A stretch of 63,589 bases of DNA, filler included, from Octopus bimaculoides (Eukaryota), in assembly GCF_001194135.2 (NCBI RefSeq). It is 6 parts of 6 records of this genome, joined end to end, with 100 filler letters (N's around TTAATTAATTAA, not from the genome) between each part and the next. Parts side by side here need not be neighbours in the genome. Positions count along the whole stretch, not along the records: positions 7,718 to 21,331 come from NC_068997.1; positions 21,432 to 45,523 come from NC_068990.1; 4 more parts are not named here. One strand, given 5' to 3'. The first letter of the stretch is position 1. Each line of letters starts with the position of its first letter. The position numbers were made by a program, and so were the translations under genes. Below are positions 11,029 to 22,301 of the stretch, piece by piece. Under the pieces are notes generated by a model. It did no database searches. It was not told where the DNA came from and saw only the letters and a program-made list of their open reading frames with translations.

Positions 11029-12323
11029 CTATCCTATCACTGTCTCTATTCTCCCTCTCTTATTCTTCTTTCTTTCTGTTTTTCTCTCTCACCCTTCACC
11101 ATTCTCTTTCTCTCCCTCTCTCTCTCTCTCCCTCTCTTTTCCTCCTTGACTCTCTCGTTACTCACACGTGACCAGCAGCTATCATTCTTTATTCTCCTTA
11201 TACTACAAGAGACAGCACACATTTTTGCCTGTCTCTTCTCAAGGCTTGTTTCTCCAGCGTTCACCACTTCACCTCGTGATGGCTTAACAGCCCTTACCGT
11301 TTGTTTTTACTGTTTTGTTCTCACTGTCCTGTCTTTGTTACCACTTTAACCTTCCACAAATCCCAAATTTTATTTGATTTACTTCGCGAGAACGACTGTT
11401 TTAACGAAGTCGCGTCTTGTCTCAACGTTCGAAACACGGAGTAGATAACACATGGGACAACTGATGAAGGGATTGTTTTTTATGTTGCCTATTTCATTTC
11501 TCTATTTGTTTCTTTCGTTGTTCGAAATAAAAGTCCGTTTTCCATGTTTTTGTTTTTCCTGTTCTCGTTTTCATGTTGTTCACGTTTTTTTGACATCCTG
11601 TAGTCATATATGCATGTGTATATACATATACATGTAGGTATGTACATATATGTATGTATATATGCATATACATACATATATATATAATTTATGTTATATT
11701 ATATTATATTATATTATATTATATATATATATATATATATAAAATTCGGTAAAAATGTGCTTTTTTATAGTAGTCTGACCTTAGAGTCCCTCATGGCGTG
11801 AGGCGTTATTATATAGTAATGCCCTTATATAAGTATATATATATATATATATATATCATCAAAAATATACAGGGATTAGCATTGAGTTGCTAATTATATA
11901 TTATATATATATATATATATATAAAATTCGGTAAAAATGTGCTTTTTTANNNNNNNNNNNNNNNNNNNNNNNNNNNNNNNNNNNNNNNNNNNNNNNNNNN
12001 NNNNNNNNNNNNNNNNNNNNNNNNNNNNNNNNNNNNNNNNNNNNNNNNNNNNNNNNNNNNNNNNNNNNNNNNNNNNNNNNNNNNNNNNNNNNNNNNNNNN
12101 NNNNNNNNNNNNNNNNNNNNNNNNNNNNNNNNNNNNNNNNNNNNNNNNNNNNNNNNNNNNNNNNNNNNNNNNNNNNNNNNNNNNNNNNNNNNNNNNNNNN
12201 NNNNNNNNNNNNNNNNNNNNNNNNNNNNNNNNNNNNNNNNNNNNNNNNNNNNNNNNNNNNNNNNNNNNNNNATATATATATCTTGACAAGGACTATAATC
12301 GCCCGAAAACACCGATCGAGAAT

Positions 12324-12376
12324 TCCCTATACTGACCGGTCAGTTTCAGCAGTTTCTGCTGCTTCATCAGTAAGGA
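12324..12376 (-). ncRNA. Canonical type I hammerhead ribozyme
   Basis: Minus strand reads UCCUUA CUGAUGA AGCAG cagaaa CUGCU GAAA CUGA CCGG UCAGU A UAGGGA: complete core, 6-bp stem I, 5-bp stem II, 5-bp stem III, GUA cleavage triplet. Confidence 0.9.
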
Positions 12377-12459
12377 TATATATACACACACACACACGCA
12401 AGCAGCAGTTTTCTCGACAAACACTAGCTACACTCTTGTAAGATATTCTGTTTTTCGTT

Positions 12460-12680
12460 ATTAAAGAAAGATGACGAGCCGGTAGAAATGTTAGGGTGCC
12501 GGACAAAATGTTTAGCAGCTTCTCGTCCGTCATTACGTTCTGATTTCAAATACCACCGAGGTTGACTTTGCCTTTCACTCTGTCGAGATCGATAAAAATA
12601 AGTACAAGTCGAGCACTGGGTGGATGGAATCGACTAGTCCCCTCCCCCTAAAACATCATGTCCTGTGCCTGTAGATGAAG
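12460..12680 (+). mobile_element. tRNA-derived SINE with Nin-like central domain (other copies at about 8020, 17560, 50957, 53610, 53815, 53960, 54205, 59490, 60770, 60942, 61910)
   Basis: Recurrent gttc(t/a)gagttcaaattcc.ccgaggtcgactttgcctttcatcctttcggggtcga.aaa core. Confidence 0.8.
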
Positions 12681-12714
12681 GATTATTAAACAAAGATTGA
12701 TTTAAAAGACTTAC

Positions 12715-12969
12715 CCCTACTTCCCTCCACTGTTACAACCATAGAATCATTGGCAGGAATAAGTCTGGAACTGGTTGCAGGCCGTGTCGAAAAGTAACAA
12801 GTTTTGAACAACGAATCTGCCTTAAACGACTGGCATAGGTTTTCCATCTGACACATCTTAATACAATGCGTTAAATTTCCACCTGCAGAACCCATAGGAT
12901 GGCTGTCGTCCATAGACATGTTGGAGATGAATTTTAGGGGACAGGTTATCGGTGCTACCATTGATGCAT
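12715..12969 (-). CDS. PAN/Apple-domain exon (exon 3) of a predicted secreted protein
   Basis: Acceptor tttttatcaatgcttcag and donor GTAAGT; 255 nt, symmetric phase 1-1. C-IKM-C-QMENL-C-QSF-x8-C-YFS fits the PAN core Cx3Cx5CxSFx8C. Confidence 0.8.
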
Positions 12970-13260
12970 CTGAAGCATTGATAAAAATGAAAACTAAAGA
13001 CTAATTGAAAATAAAAAGAAAATGATAATAATCAAATTTAATTCGGTTCTATAGTTATTGAATGTAATATCAAGGAAAAGGAATCTCTAGTAATCGAAAC
13101 AAAAGGCGTGGATGGGTGGTAAGTAGCTTGCTTACCAACCACATGGTTCCGAGTTCAGTCTCACTGAGTAGCACCTTGGGCAAGTGTCTTCTACTAATAT
13201 AGCCTCAGGCCGACCAGTGCCTTGTGAGTGGATTTAGTAGACAGAAACTGAAAGAAGCCC

Positions 13261-13308
13261 GTCTCCGATGAAGGGATATATAAAATATCCCGGAAACACC
13301 TGTAAGAC
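13261..13308 (+). ncRNA. Variant minimal hammerhead motif (U4C core)
   Basis: GTCT CCGATGA A GGGATAT ataaa ATATCCC G GAAAC ACCT GT A AGAC: 4-bp stem I, 7-bp stem II, 2-bp stem III. Confidence 0.6.
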
Positions 13309-13367
13309 CTATTTATAAATGTTCTGAAATCTTTACAGCCTTGGACTTTTAGCTTATTCTGTTAAGT

Positions 13368-13413
<46 letters not shown>

Positions 13414-15158
13414 TCTATATATATGTGTGTGTGCGTGTGTGTGTGTTACTGTGTCTTTTTATCACCCCACCATCGCCTGACAACCGACGTTGGTGTGTTT
13501 ATGTCCTCAGAACACCTCAATATTAGTTTCTGCGAGGAGAAAGCTTCAGATTCAAGAAGGAAAAGGAATTTACATTTTGTGCCGTATTAAAACTTAGTCT
13601 GAGGACTTGGCTTAGAATTTTTTGTTTCACCATTTATCTGAAGATGCAGCCATCTAAACCGAAATACCTGACAAAGCTGTTCCATTGATTGACAAACCTT
13701 TAATCATCAACATGCAACACCCCGTATTCTTCTTCCAATGCATCATCCTATTCGCCGCCACATATAACCACACCTGCTCCTCCACAGACGATACTATCCT
13801 CGATTCCTCTCTAATTTTCCGCATCCAAACCTCATTTACACACAACCAAAACATTTCATTCAAAATCTTCTCTGACTTCATCAAAGCATCTTCCAATCTA
13901 GTTTCCTTCATCAGCGTAAAGACATGATCACTATACACATCAAAATAACATTATCGTATCCTTTTAAATAGGAACAGGACACGACTAGAACTCGCAACAT
14001 TCTTCTCTATGGAGAATGTATATGTCGCCATAGCATCAAAAAGATTGACCTTCCTCTTTCCAACCAGAAAACACTAAAACACCCCCACCCCCCAACAACA
14101 ACAACTACTAATCCTTTATAAAGCTTAGGTGAGATCCAGCTCAGATGAGATCCGGCTGATTCCTACACCAAGGACGATGTTACTGCTGCAAGCACAGAGA
14201 CATCTTAGGCTGCATCTCAAAGAATGAATTGACGCGAAATCGCTCAGCAACGTATTCCAGCCTCGTTGACTCGTATGCGTCCTGAAAATTCACCATAAAA
14301 ATTTTTCCCGTGGAAAAACTTGCTTTAGGAAATTTTGCCATAAAGGAATCACGTAAGCAGACTGTCAACTAGATAACTCATTTTTAAAAAATTACCTTTC
14401 TCTAATTGATAGGTTAATTGATGAAGTTGCTATTTTAAGAAAAGAGAATTTTTTTTTTCAGTTTATTTCTGATTTTTACGGCAAATTTTCCCGCGGGAAA
14501 AATGTTTTCAGTAAATTTTTCTACAACCGGTTCACAAAAATACAGTCTTTTGTTTCTATCTTTTCTACTGCTAATGCATCTCAAAACAGATTAGTTTTGA
14601 GCCACCTTTATCTCACTCGTGCTTCCTTTTATCGTCGCTCATATTTTATCCACCCCAAGGCCCAACATAACCATTCCCCCAACCCTTCCTCCGCAGACCA
14701 TCAGTGTTCGGAAATCCCTTTCTGCGAATATATATCTTCCAGCAGTCATTTTGCAGCTGTTTAAGAGAAGCGTTAGCTGCATCGACATCATCAGTCTGTG
14801 AGTCCATGAGCCAGTTCCTTGCTCTAAGCCAAACTAATACCTACAATCTACTGAAGGCTGCCTCTGGTAATCTTTACTCCATTTCCTCTAAATCTCACAT
14901 TAACCATATTGCTTCATCCTTTGTCTTCAAAACTGAAATCCATTGAAACTTTGTACGTATTTCAACTCTCAAAGGTTCAACACTAACAGCATCGATTTCA
15001 CTAATCTGATGGTGGTGGTGTGAGCGGGTGTGGTTGTGGTGGTTGCTATTCTCCTTAATCTTCAGTTTTTTTAAGAAAAAAAGAAAAAAACAATTTACTT
15101 CAATTTCAATTTAAACAAGACCAAGATTACAGATTCAAAAGGAAACGACTTCTCTTAC

Positions 15159-15191
15159 CTCCATCATATTGAAAGAGAAATAACCATAGCC
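15159..15191 (-). CDS. PAN gene exon 2, a 33-nt microexon encoding the signal-peptide h-region (GLWLFLFQYDG)
   Basis: Acceptor ttttgtttcatttcag and donor GAG|GTAAGA; phase 1-1. Confidence 0.7.
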
Positions 15192-15935
15192 CTGAAATGA
15201 AACAAAAACAAAGGTTAATTGAATGAATCATGTCTGATTTTGATATATAACATCGATTTAAAGACACAAAACACAACGGACGGTGTCCAGCAGATTGAAT
15301 CAAGTCCAGCCCTGGACTGCTACTTAATTTACAAATCCCAAAAGGATGACACACAACCAGGTATGCTCCCCCCCTGTTTCCACTTTGTGGTGTGTATACG
15401 AAAAGCTCGTTCACCGGGCGATATTCATCCCTGCACAACCGCTCACAGTTTCTCTAATCGCAGTTGCTGTTATCGGTTTTTCACAGAACCCAACTTCTCT
15501 ATTTTTTATCAAATAATCGAGCAAAGTGCCACAAAATGCTGCACGCAAGTACATGGAATTCAGTAACATACATCCATCGCTGTCCATTAAAGAATGAAAA
15601 ACGAGTTTGCTTCTTCCGCCATCCGGGCTCGTTGGACGGGTTTAGGTCTTCCTATGTAAATCTCGCGCATTAGCTTAGACATTACAGCCATCGCCTTTCG
15701 CTCTATTTTCTTCACAGACACAGTCATTGTGATGTTTTCCTCAAGCTTATTTTAATCTGCTAACGAAATACCTCTCACAGTCACTTTAGTAATAGTTGTT
15801 AGAATTATCATTGACGCAGTGGAGTGACTCAATAATGACAGTAGAGTGACATTTTCTGCCGAGTTTATGTTGATTGATGGATTATATTACATATACTTAG
15901 AAAGATGATATGTGTGTGTGTGTGTGTGTGTGTGC

Positions 15936-15996
<61 letters not shown>

Positions 15997-16061
15997 AGTT
16001 AAAATAATTTATTACCAGTGGTTCGCATGCTTAATAAAAGTGATAAGACACAATATTTTAC

Positions 16062-16467
16062 ATATGAGTGTGTAAAGATTATACACGGAGAGAAGACCCT
16101 TGACGGGACTTCTTGCATGCTAAAAAGGGCAGTTAAACCCAAACCACGGAAAAAGACACTCTTAAGGCACGCTGCTAATAGGTACTAGAGTGATAAAAAT
16201 GAGTTAATCCTATACTGAAGTTTCGCTATTAATGACCAAATACATTAATTTGGTATCCGTGACGGGCTACGTATACCAAATTAATTTATTTGGTCAGTAA
16301 TAGCGAAACTCGAGTATAGGATTAACTAATTTTTTATTCACTCTAGTGCCAATTAGCAGCGTGTCTTAAGAGTTCCTTGTTTCGTGGTTTGGGTTTAACT
16401 GCCCTTTTTAGCATGTAAGAAGTCCTGTCAAGAGTCTTCTCTCCGTATATAAATCTTTATACACTCT

Positions 16468-16471
<4 letters not shown>
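16062..16471. mobile_element. Foldback/MITE-like near-perfect palindrome with about 200-bp arms
   Basis: 16062-16260 is reverse-complementary to about 16271-16471 with scattered mismatches and a spacer of about 10 nt. Confidence 0.85.
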
Positions 16472-16522
<51 letters not shown>

Positions 16523-16839
16523 GCTGTTCATGAAGACTCACTGATAGAATATGAATGCTGTAATATTCATGTAAGATGCATTGCAGAATATTTCAACTTA
16601 TTTTCATATCATGTTAATCTGATCCTCACCTTTTAAGCATGAAACATATTTATAGAAAGCCATCAATCACACGGTATACTTGCCTCATAATTAGGCATGC
16701 GATCTTTTATATTTAAAAGTTCATCCTTCGACAAAATCATTTTTTATGCAGCTCATTGAAAACAAAACGAAAATCAATGAATTTAACTTCACAGAGAAAT
16801 GGAAATGTCTGGAGAGAAATATAAGAATATTTAGCTTAC

Positions 16840-16876
16840 CAAAAATGGTTGGCAACTTATGCAATAGTTTGTACAT
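16840..16876 (-). CDS. PAN gene first coding exon (MYKLLHKLPTIF)
   Basis: aaaATG context; phase-1 donor G|GTAAGC; joined exons give a plausible signal peptide MYKLLHKLPTIFGLWLFLFQYDGDA. Confidence 0.65.
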
Positions 16877-17035
16877 TTTGAAGCGTTGAAAGTCTTTAAA
16901 CTGCAAATCGAATCGTTTCGGTTTGAATGTCTGATGGGAAATAATAAAGTATATATTCTCTGCTACGCCATCTGATCTATATTGATCTTGCATTAAGGCT
17001 ATTTGCTTTGCGTCATTATTGGAGAGGAGGGCCTC

Positions 17036-17037
17036 AC

Positions 17038-17071
<34 letters not shown>

Positions 17072-17116
17072 GTCGTCGTCGTCGTCGCCGCCTTTGTCAC
17101 CAGTTCCTGCCAGCAA

Positions 17117-17152
<36 letters not shown>

Positions 17153-17337
17153 TACTAGTAGTAGTAGTAGTAACAACAGCAACCCAAACACTTCGATGAT
17201 GATGATGATGATGACGACGACGATGATGACGATGAGAAGGAGGACCTCATAATTGATTACATTTGTAAATCCCACAAAACACATTCACTTAATAAAAGGT
17301 AAAAACCACCACCACCACCACTTCTACTACAACAACA

Positions 17338-17375
<38 letters not shown>

Positions 17376-17380
17376 ACATT
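17036..17380. repeat. Compound trinucleotide microsatellite (CAT/CGT/CAG/TAG/GAT/TAC)
   Basis: Read directly. Similar tracts at 54410-54555 and 63250-63589; AT/AC/AG and ATAC/GACA/GATA tracts occur throughout. Confidence 0.95.
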
Positions 17381-17719
17381 TGTCTTCTATCTGCACTGTA
17401 ATCATCAACTTTTGTGAAATTCCTTCTATTAACAATCTAACAATCAAGTTTTATGCTCTGATGAACTTATTATTAATTAATGATGTTTACTTGAAAAAAA
17501 AAAAAAATCACTTTCTTCAACGACTTTCAGATAAGAGCTTAAGCGATAAGTAGATATATTGATTTCAAATTTGGCACAAGGCCAGCAATTTCGGGGGAGG
17601 GGCTAAGTCGATTATCGATCCCAGAATTCAAGTGGGAGTTATTTTATTGACGCTGAAGTCGACCTCAGTGGAATTTGAACTCAGAACGTAGGGACGGACG
17701 AAATGCCTAGAGTAGAAAA

Positions 17720-18060
17720 GAAAAGAATGATGGGCGCCTCTTGCATCAGCAGGTGTCCAGAGAGCTTACCATCCCTACTGATACATGTCTTCATTCCATC
17801 ATGGAATTTTTCATTGAATGTTTGCATTTTCGGTTATGTTCAGCCATAACTATCCGAAACTTTTTAAAGTGAGCAACGTCCTTGTACAGGGTCAATCCTA
17901 CTCTCTAAATAACGTATGCATTGGCTGAGAAAAAGAAAGAACTAGTCAACAGCATTGGCCACAAACGAAGTCGCCAGTGTTACATCAGTTTCCCTCCTCC
18001 TAAAACTCGAGGGACCTCCCTTCCCCTCACTCTCAATTGTTGGATGGACATCGACTCTAC
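17720..18060 (-). mobile_element. Decayed RTE-like LINE reverse transcriptase fragment
   Basis: Minus-strand FHDGMKTCISRDGKLSG resembles the RTE RT segment LHDGM.A.V...G..S. Confidence 0.45.
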
Positions 18061-18705
18061 TGAGGTCAGTCACCCTTTGACATGTGTCCAACGATAGCCA
18101 TCCGCCTTACTAAGCGAGCTTGTAGGGGGTCAGCCCAACCATGCGAAAAGTTTAACAGGGTTACATCTTCCAGTAGCATTAAATGTGACCTGACATACAT
18201 ACATACGTACATACATACATACATAAGTACATACATACATGCATGCATACATACAGGCATGCATACATATATACATACACACAACACACACATACATACA
18301 TACATACATGCATACATACATACATACATACATACATACATACATACATACATACATGCATGCATGCATACATACATACATACATGCATGCATAAAAAGA
18401 GAACAACTACGCCGAGCTACTGAGAAATTTACAGATACTCCACCCAGACTACAAGTTCAGATTCATACCCGTGATTGTTGGGGCATTGGGATATGTAACG
18501 AACTGCCTCAACAAAAACCTGGAAAANNNNNNNNNNCATACAAATCTGCGCATACACTAACACCAAATACTGCACACACACACACATATGCACAAATACC
18601 TAGATGATGTTGATAAAAGTTCCAATGAAGGAGCCTTGAATCTATGTTAGAGTCCGACTCTTTCTCTATGGACAAGAAATACAGAAATGAAACTGATTGA
18701 TAACA

Positions 18706-18737
<32 letters not shown>

Positions 18738-18874
18738 CACATACATACATGCATGCATGCATGCATACATACATACATACATACATGCATGCATACATAC
18801 ATACATACATACATACATACATACATGCATACGTACATGCATACATACATACAAATTGCTCTCAATATCAACCA

Positions 18875-19200
18875 AACGGTTTAGCGAGAGACAGTAAACA
18901 AAAGTACAGCAAAACATCGGCTCCAAAAATTTTGTGTTGCAGACGAAAGCCTTAAAGGGGTGGGCGGTTTTAGACGACCAATTGAACACTTGGGAGGCGG
19001 GGCTATGATTGAAGTGGATCTGTGTTGACCATTAAAGAACTTGTAGAAGACTTAACGTTGACCATTCAACGTGTAGTCTTCAGTTGTTCCATATTTGTCC
19101 CACATTGGAAAATTAAAAAAGAAAAAGACCGGAAATGGGTGCTGCACGTGCTGATTGAAATTAATTTTTAAAAACCGCTTTCACGGTTATGCATTAGGAT
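18875..19200 (+). mobile_element. Decayed mariner transposase N-terminal fragment
   Basis: Broken reading ETVNKSTAKHRLQKF..ESL..MIEVD..TIKELVEDL..HIGK..KWV.H.L.E. Confidence 0.6.
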
Positions 19201-20114
19201 TCTTTTTGCGTAGCAATGTAGATGGCGCAGCTGCACGTATATGAGCAGGCTTGGGCAAGACTTTTTCAACAGATTCGATCTGGGTACTTGCCCATGCATG
19301 CAAGTATTCAATTTGTTTAAAAATAAATTAATAAAACTATAAAGTACGATGCGTATATATAAGGTTACACAGAAGCACGCCCCTGTCTAGAACAGATGTT
19401 AATTTATACAAATAGAAACAAATATATTCTGAAGGGCTGAGTTAAATATTTAAAAGAAAACAAAGGATTTCAGAGCAACATCTTATCTATCAGACACAAA
19501 CGAAATAAAAATAATAATAATAATAAAAACAGTAGATATTCCGTACAAAATATACGTGATAAACATCATATAATACCGGAATCATAAATGGTATCTGCCG
19601 GTTGCTGAAGGTTGAGCTGGTCAACATAGCATAAACATTCGCACCCCCACCCCACACACACAATTGCTCTCAGATGCTGCACATAATCAGCTCATTCAAT
19701 TTCTGGTTTGTTCTTTTGAAGACCGTATAATTAAAAGACTATGGAAATGAAAACTACTCTAAATTAACTGCAATCTCCTCGTCTGGCTGCTTAATGTTAT
19801 CTTACACTTGTAGTAACGCTGTGCGCATGCGTGCAATTCAACAACCAAGCTTTCCCGCTTCATTCTGCCTCTTTCTTGCTGGCCAGCGATTGAGCAAGGA
19901 CGTGTTTAGCTGTCTCTCTCCATCTTTCGAACTTACGCTAGACACACACACAGAAGCTGGAACAACAAACAAGAGCTAAAGATGTATATATTAACCACCT
20001 TAAATAAATAATTGTTATGTTGATAGTCTGGAGTTCAGCGTTCCGTTTAATTCTTAATTTTATATAGGAAAGTCAGGTATACATCTAATGATGTATAACC
20101 CACTTTCCTATAAG

Positions 20115-20128
20115 TGGTGACCCCGACG
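20115..20128 (+). other. Retrotransposon primer-binding site complementary to the tRNA-Trp 3' end
   Basis: TGGTGACCCCGACG is the reverse complement of the metazoan tRNA-Trp 3' end (CGUCGGGGUCACCA); ATG follows at 20145, then a gap. Confidence 0.7.
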
Positions 20129-20476
20129 AAGAAACAAACGCAGCATGGATTCTGGACTANNNNNNNNNNNNNNNNNNNNNNNNNNNNNNNNNNNNNNNNN
20201 NNNNNNNNNNNNNNNNNNNNNNNNNNNNNNNNNNNNNNNNNNNNNNNNNNNNNNNNNNNNNNNNNNNNNNNNNNNNNNNNNNNNNNNNNNNNNNNNNNNN
20301 NNNNNNNNNNNNNNNNNNNNNNNNNNNNNNNNNNNNNNNNNNNNNNNNNNNNNNNNNNNNNNNNNNNNNNNNNNNNNNNNNNNNNNNNNNNNNNNNNNNN
20401 NNNNNNNNNNNNNNNNNNNNNNNNNNNNNNNNNNNNNNNNNNNNNNNNNNNNNNNNNNNNNNNNNNNNNNNNNNNA

Positions 20477-20761
20477 CTGACTTTCTATCTGCTGTGATAT
20501 CTCACATACATATAGACGGCCTGTCTCTTATTATGTTCTTATATGTCGCATTCACACTCTCACATACACATACATCTTTTATGTCACACTAAATATCTCT
20601 TGTTATTCATTTCATACGGTTGTCTTTTCTATCGTCTCATTACTGGCTAGTTATGTTATCGTAGTATAACATAATTATTTGTATATCATCTATGATATAT
20701 TATTTTGTGTGCGACCGTGTGGACACGTTTAAATAAAAGGAGTCCTCTGTTTTTCCATTCG
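20477..20761 (+). mobile_element. 3' part of an LTR of the same family, bounded by gaps
   Basis: gacggcctgtct..tatgtcgcattcacac and aaggag..tgtttttccattcg are shared with the LTRs at 8719 and 41482. Confidence 0.75.
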
Positions 20762-21431
20762 NNNNNNNNNNNNNNNNNNNNNNNNNNNNNNNNNNNNNNN
20801 NNNNNNNNNNNNNNNNNNNNNNNNNNNNNNNNNNNNNNNNNNNNNNNNNNNNNNNNNNNNNTGTATGTATGCATCTATGTATGTATATATACATGTTTGT
20901 GTGATTGTGAGTACAACACATACATACATACACAGGGAGGTTCAAAAGAATGGATTTTTAGTATTTTTCGGAAACTCTTAGACCTTGTTAGAAAATCTCT
21001 TTGTAATAAATGGAAATATAAAAAAAAAGCGACAGCAATACTTCTGAACCAATCCATATATCCAACACTTTGGCGTCACCATTCTAAAGAAGATAAAGCA
21101 TTTGGGGGTGACAAAAAAAAAAAAATATATATTTATAAAAAAAGTTACTTTTATACAAACCCTTATGATTAAATATTATTTAGCTCCAAAACTTAATATT
21201 ACAACTTACCATTCTATATTATCACATATTACATTTCTCAAAGATTTGCACACAGAAAAATTCATTGTTTGTTGAGATGTGGAACAAATCTTCGAAATAA
21301 TTTCTGGAACCATCCCTAGTTTCCTCATTGANNNNNNNNNNNNNNNNNNNNNNNNNNNNNNNNNNNNNNNNNNNNTTAATTAATTAANNNNNNNNNNNNN
21401 NNNNNNNNNNNNNNNNNNNNNNNNNNNNNNN

Positions 21432-22301
21432 AATTTCTTTCTGGTAGCTTTGACCTCACAAATGAGCAACGTGGTCGACCAGAGACAAAGGTTGATAATG
21501 ATGAACTGAAAGCCTCCATCGAGTCAGATCCATTTCAAAGTGCCCGTGAATTATCGTTGTTGTTTGGTGTTAGCAAGCAAACAATATTGACTCATCTAGT
21601 TCAAATCGGTAAAGTGAAAAAGTTGGATAAGTGGGTTCCACATGAACTCAATGAAAATCAGAAACAGCAACGTTTGGAAGCCTGCATTATGCTACTTTCT
21701 CGTCACAAAAATGAATCCTTTTTGAATCGAATTGTAACATGTGATGAAAAATGGATCCAACCGTAAACGTTCAGCACAATGGTTGGACAAAGACGAGCCA
21801 CCAAAACACAGTCCAAAAAGCAAAATTCATCAAAAGAGGCTGATGGTGTGTGTTTGGTAGTCTGGGCGCAGGTATGATCCATTGTGATTTCATTAAACCT
21901 GGCTCATCAATCATGGCCGAAGTATACTGCAGCCAGCTGGACCAAATGATGCAGAAACTTCAAGAAAACAGCCTAGATTATTCAACAGATCCACTCCTAT
22001 TTTATTGCAAGACAATGCCAGACCACACATCGCAAAAATGACATTGGCGAAATTACAGAAGTCGGAGTTGGAAGTTCTCCATCATCCACCATACTCACCT
22101 GATCTTGCCCCCACTGACGACCACTTCTTCCAGAATTTGGATAACTTTTTGATAGGAAAAAAATTTAATTCCGACGATACTGTAAAACAGGCCTTTCAAG
22201 ATTTTATTGACTCTATATTCTATTGACTCTAGATTCTGGACAAACTACCGCTGAAATGGCAAAAGTGTATTGACAATATGAGTGCATACTTTGATGAATA
22301 A
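21432..22301 (+). pseudogene. Mariner (Tc1/mariner) transposase pseudogene
   Basis: KWVPHEL, IVTCDEKW, LQDNARPH and HPPYSPDLAPTDDHFF motifs, broken by a frameshift near 21760 and stops. Confidence 0.92.

Noticed and set aside
15219-15673. Cys-rich ORFs suggestive of a lectin or fibrinogen-like start
   Set aside because: No coherent motif set or splice support; may be TE debris.
16721-17284. 187-aa ORF with poly-Leu/poly-Asp in frame with the PAN start codon
   Set aside because: It is the translation of a compound trinucleotide microsatellite; only its last part (from 16876) has exon support.
18066-18989. MYVC/HTYI-repeat ORFs (and YIYI, THTH, DDDD, MMMM ORFs elsewhere)
   Set aside because: Microsatellite translations.
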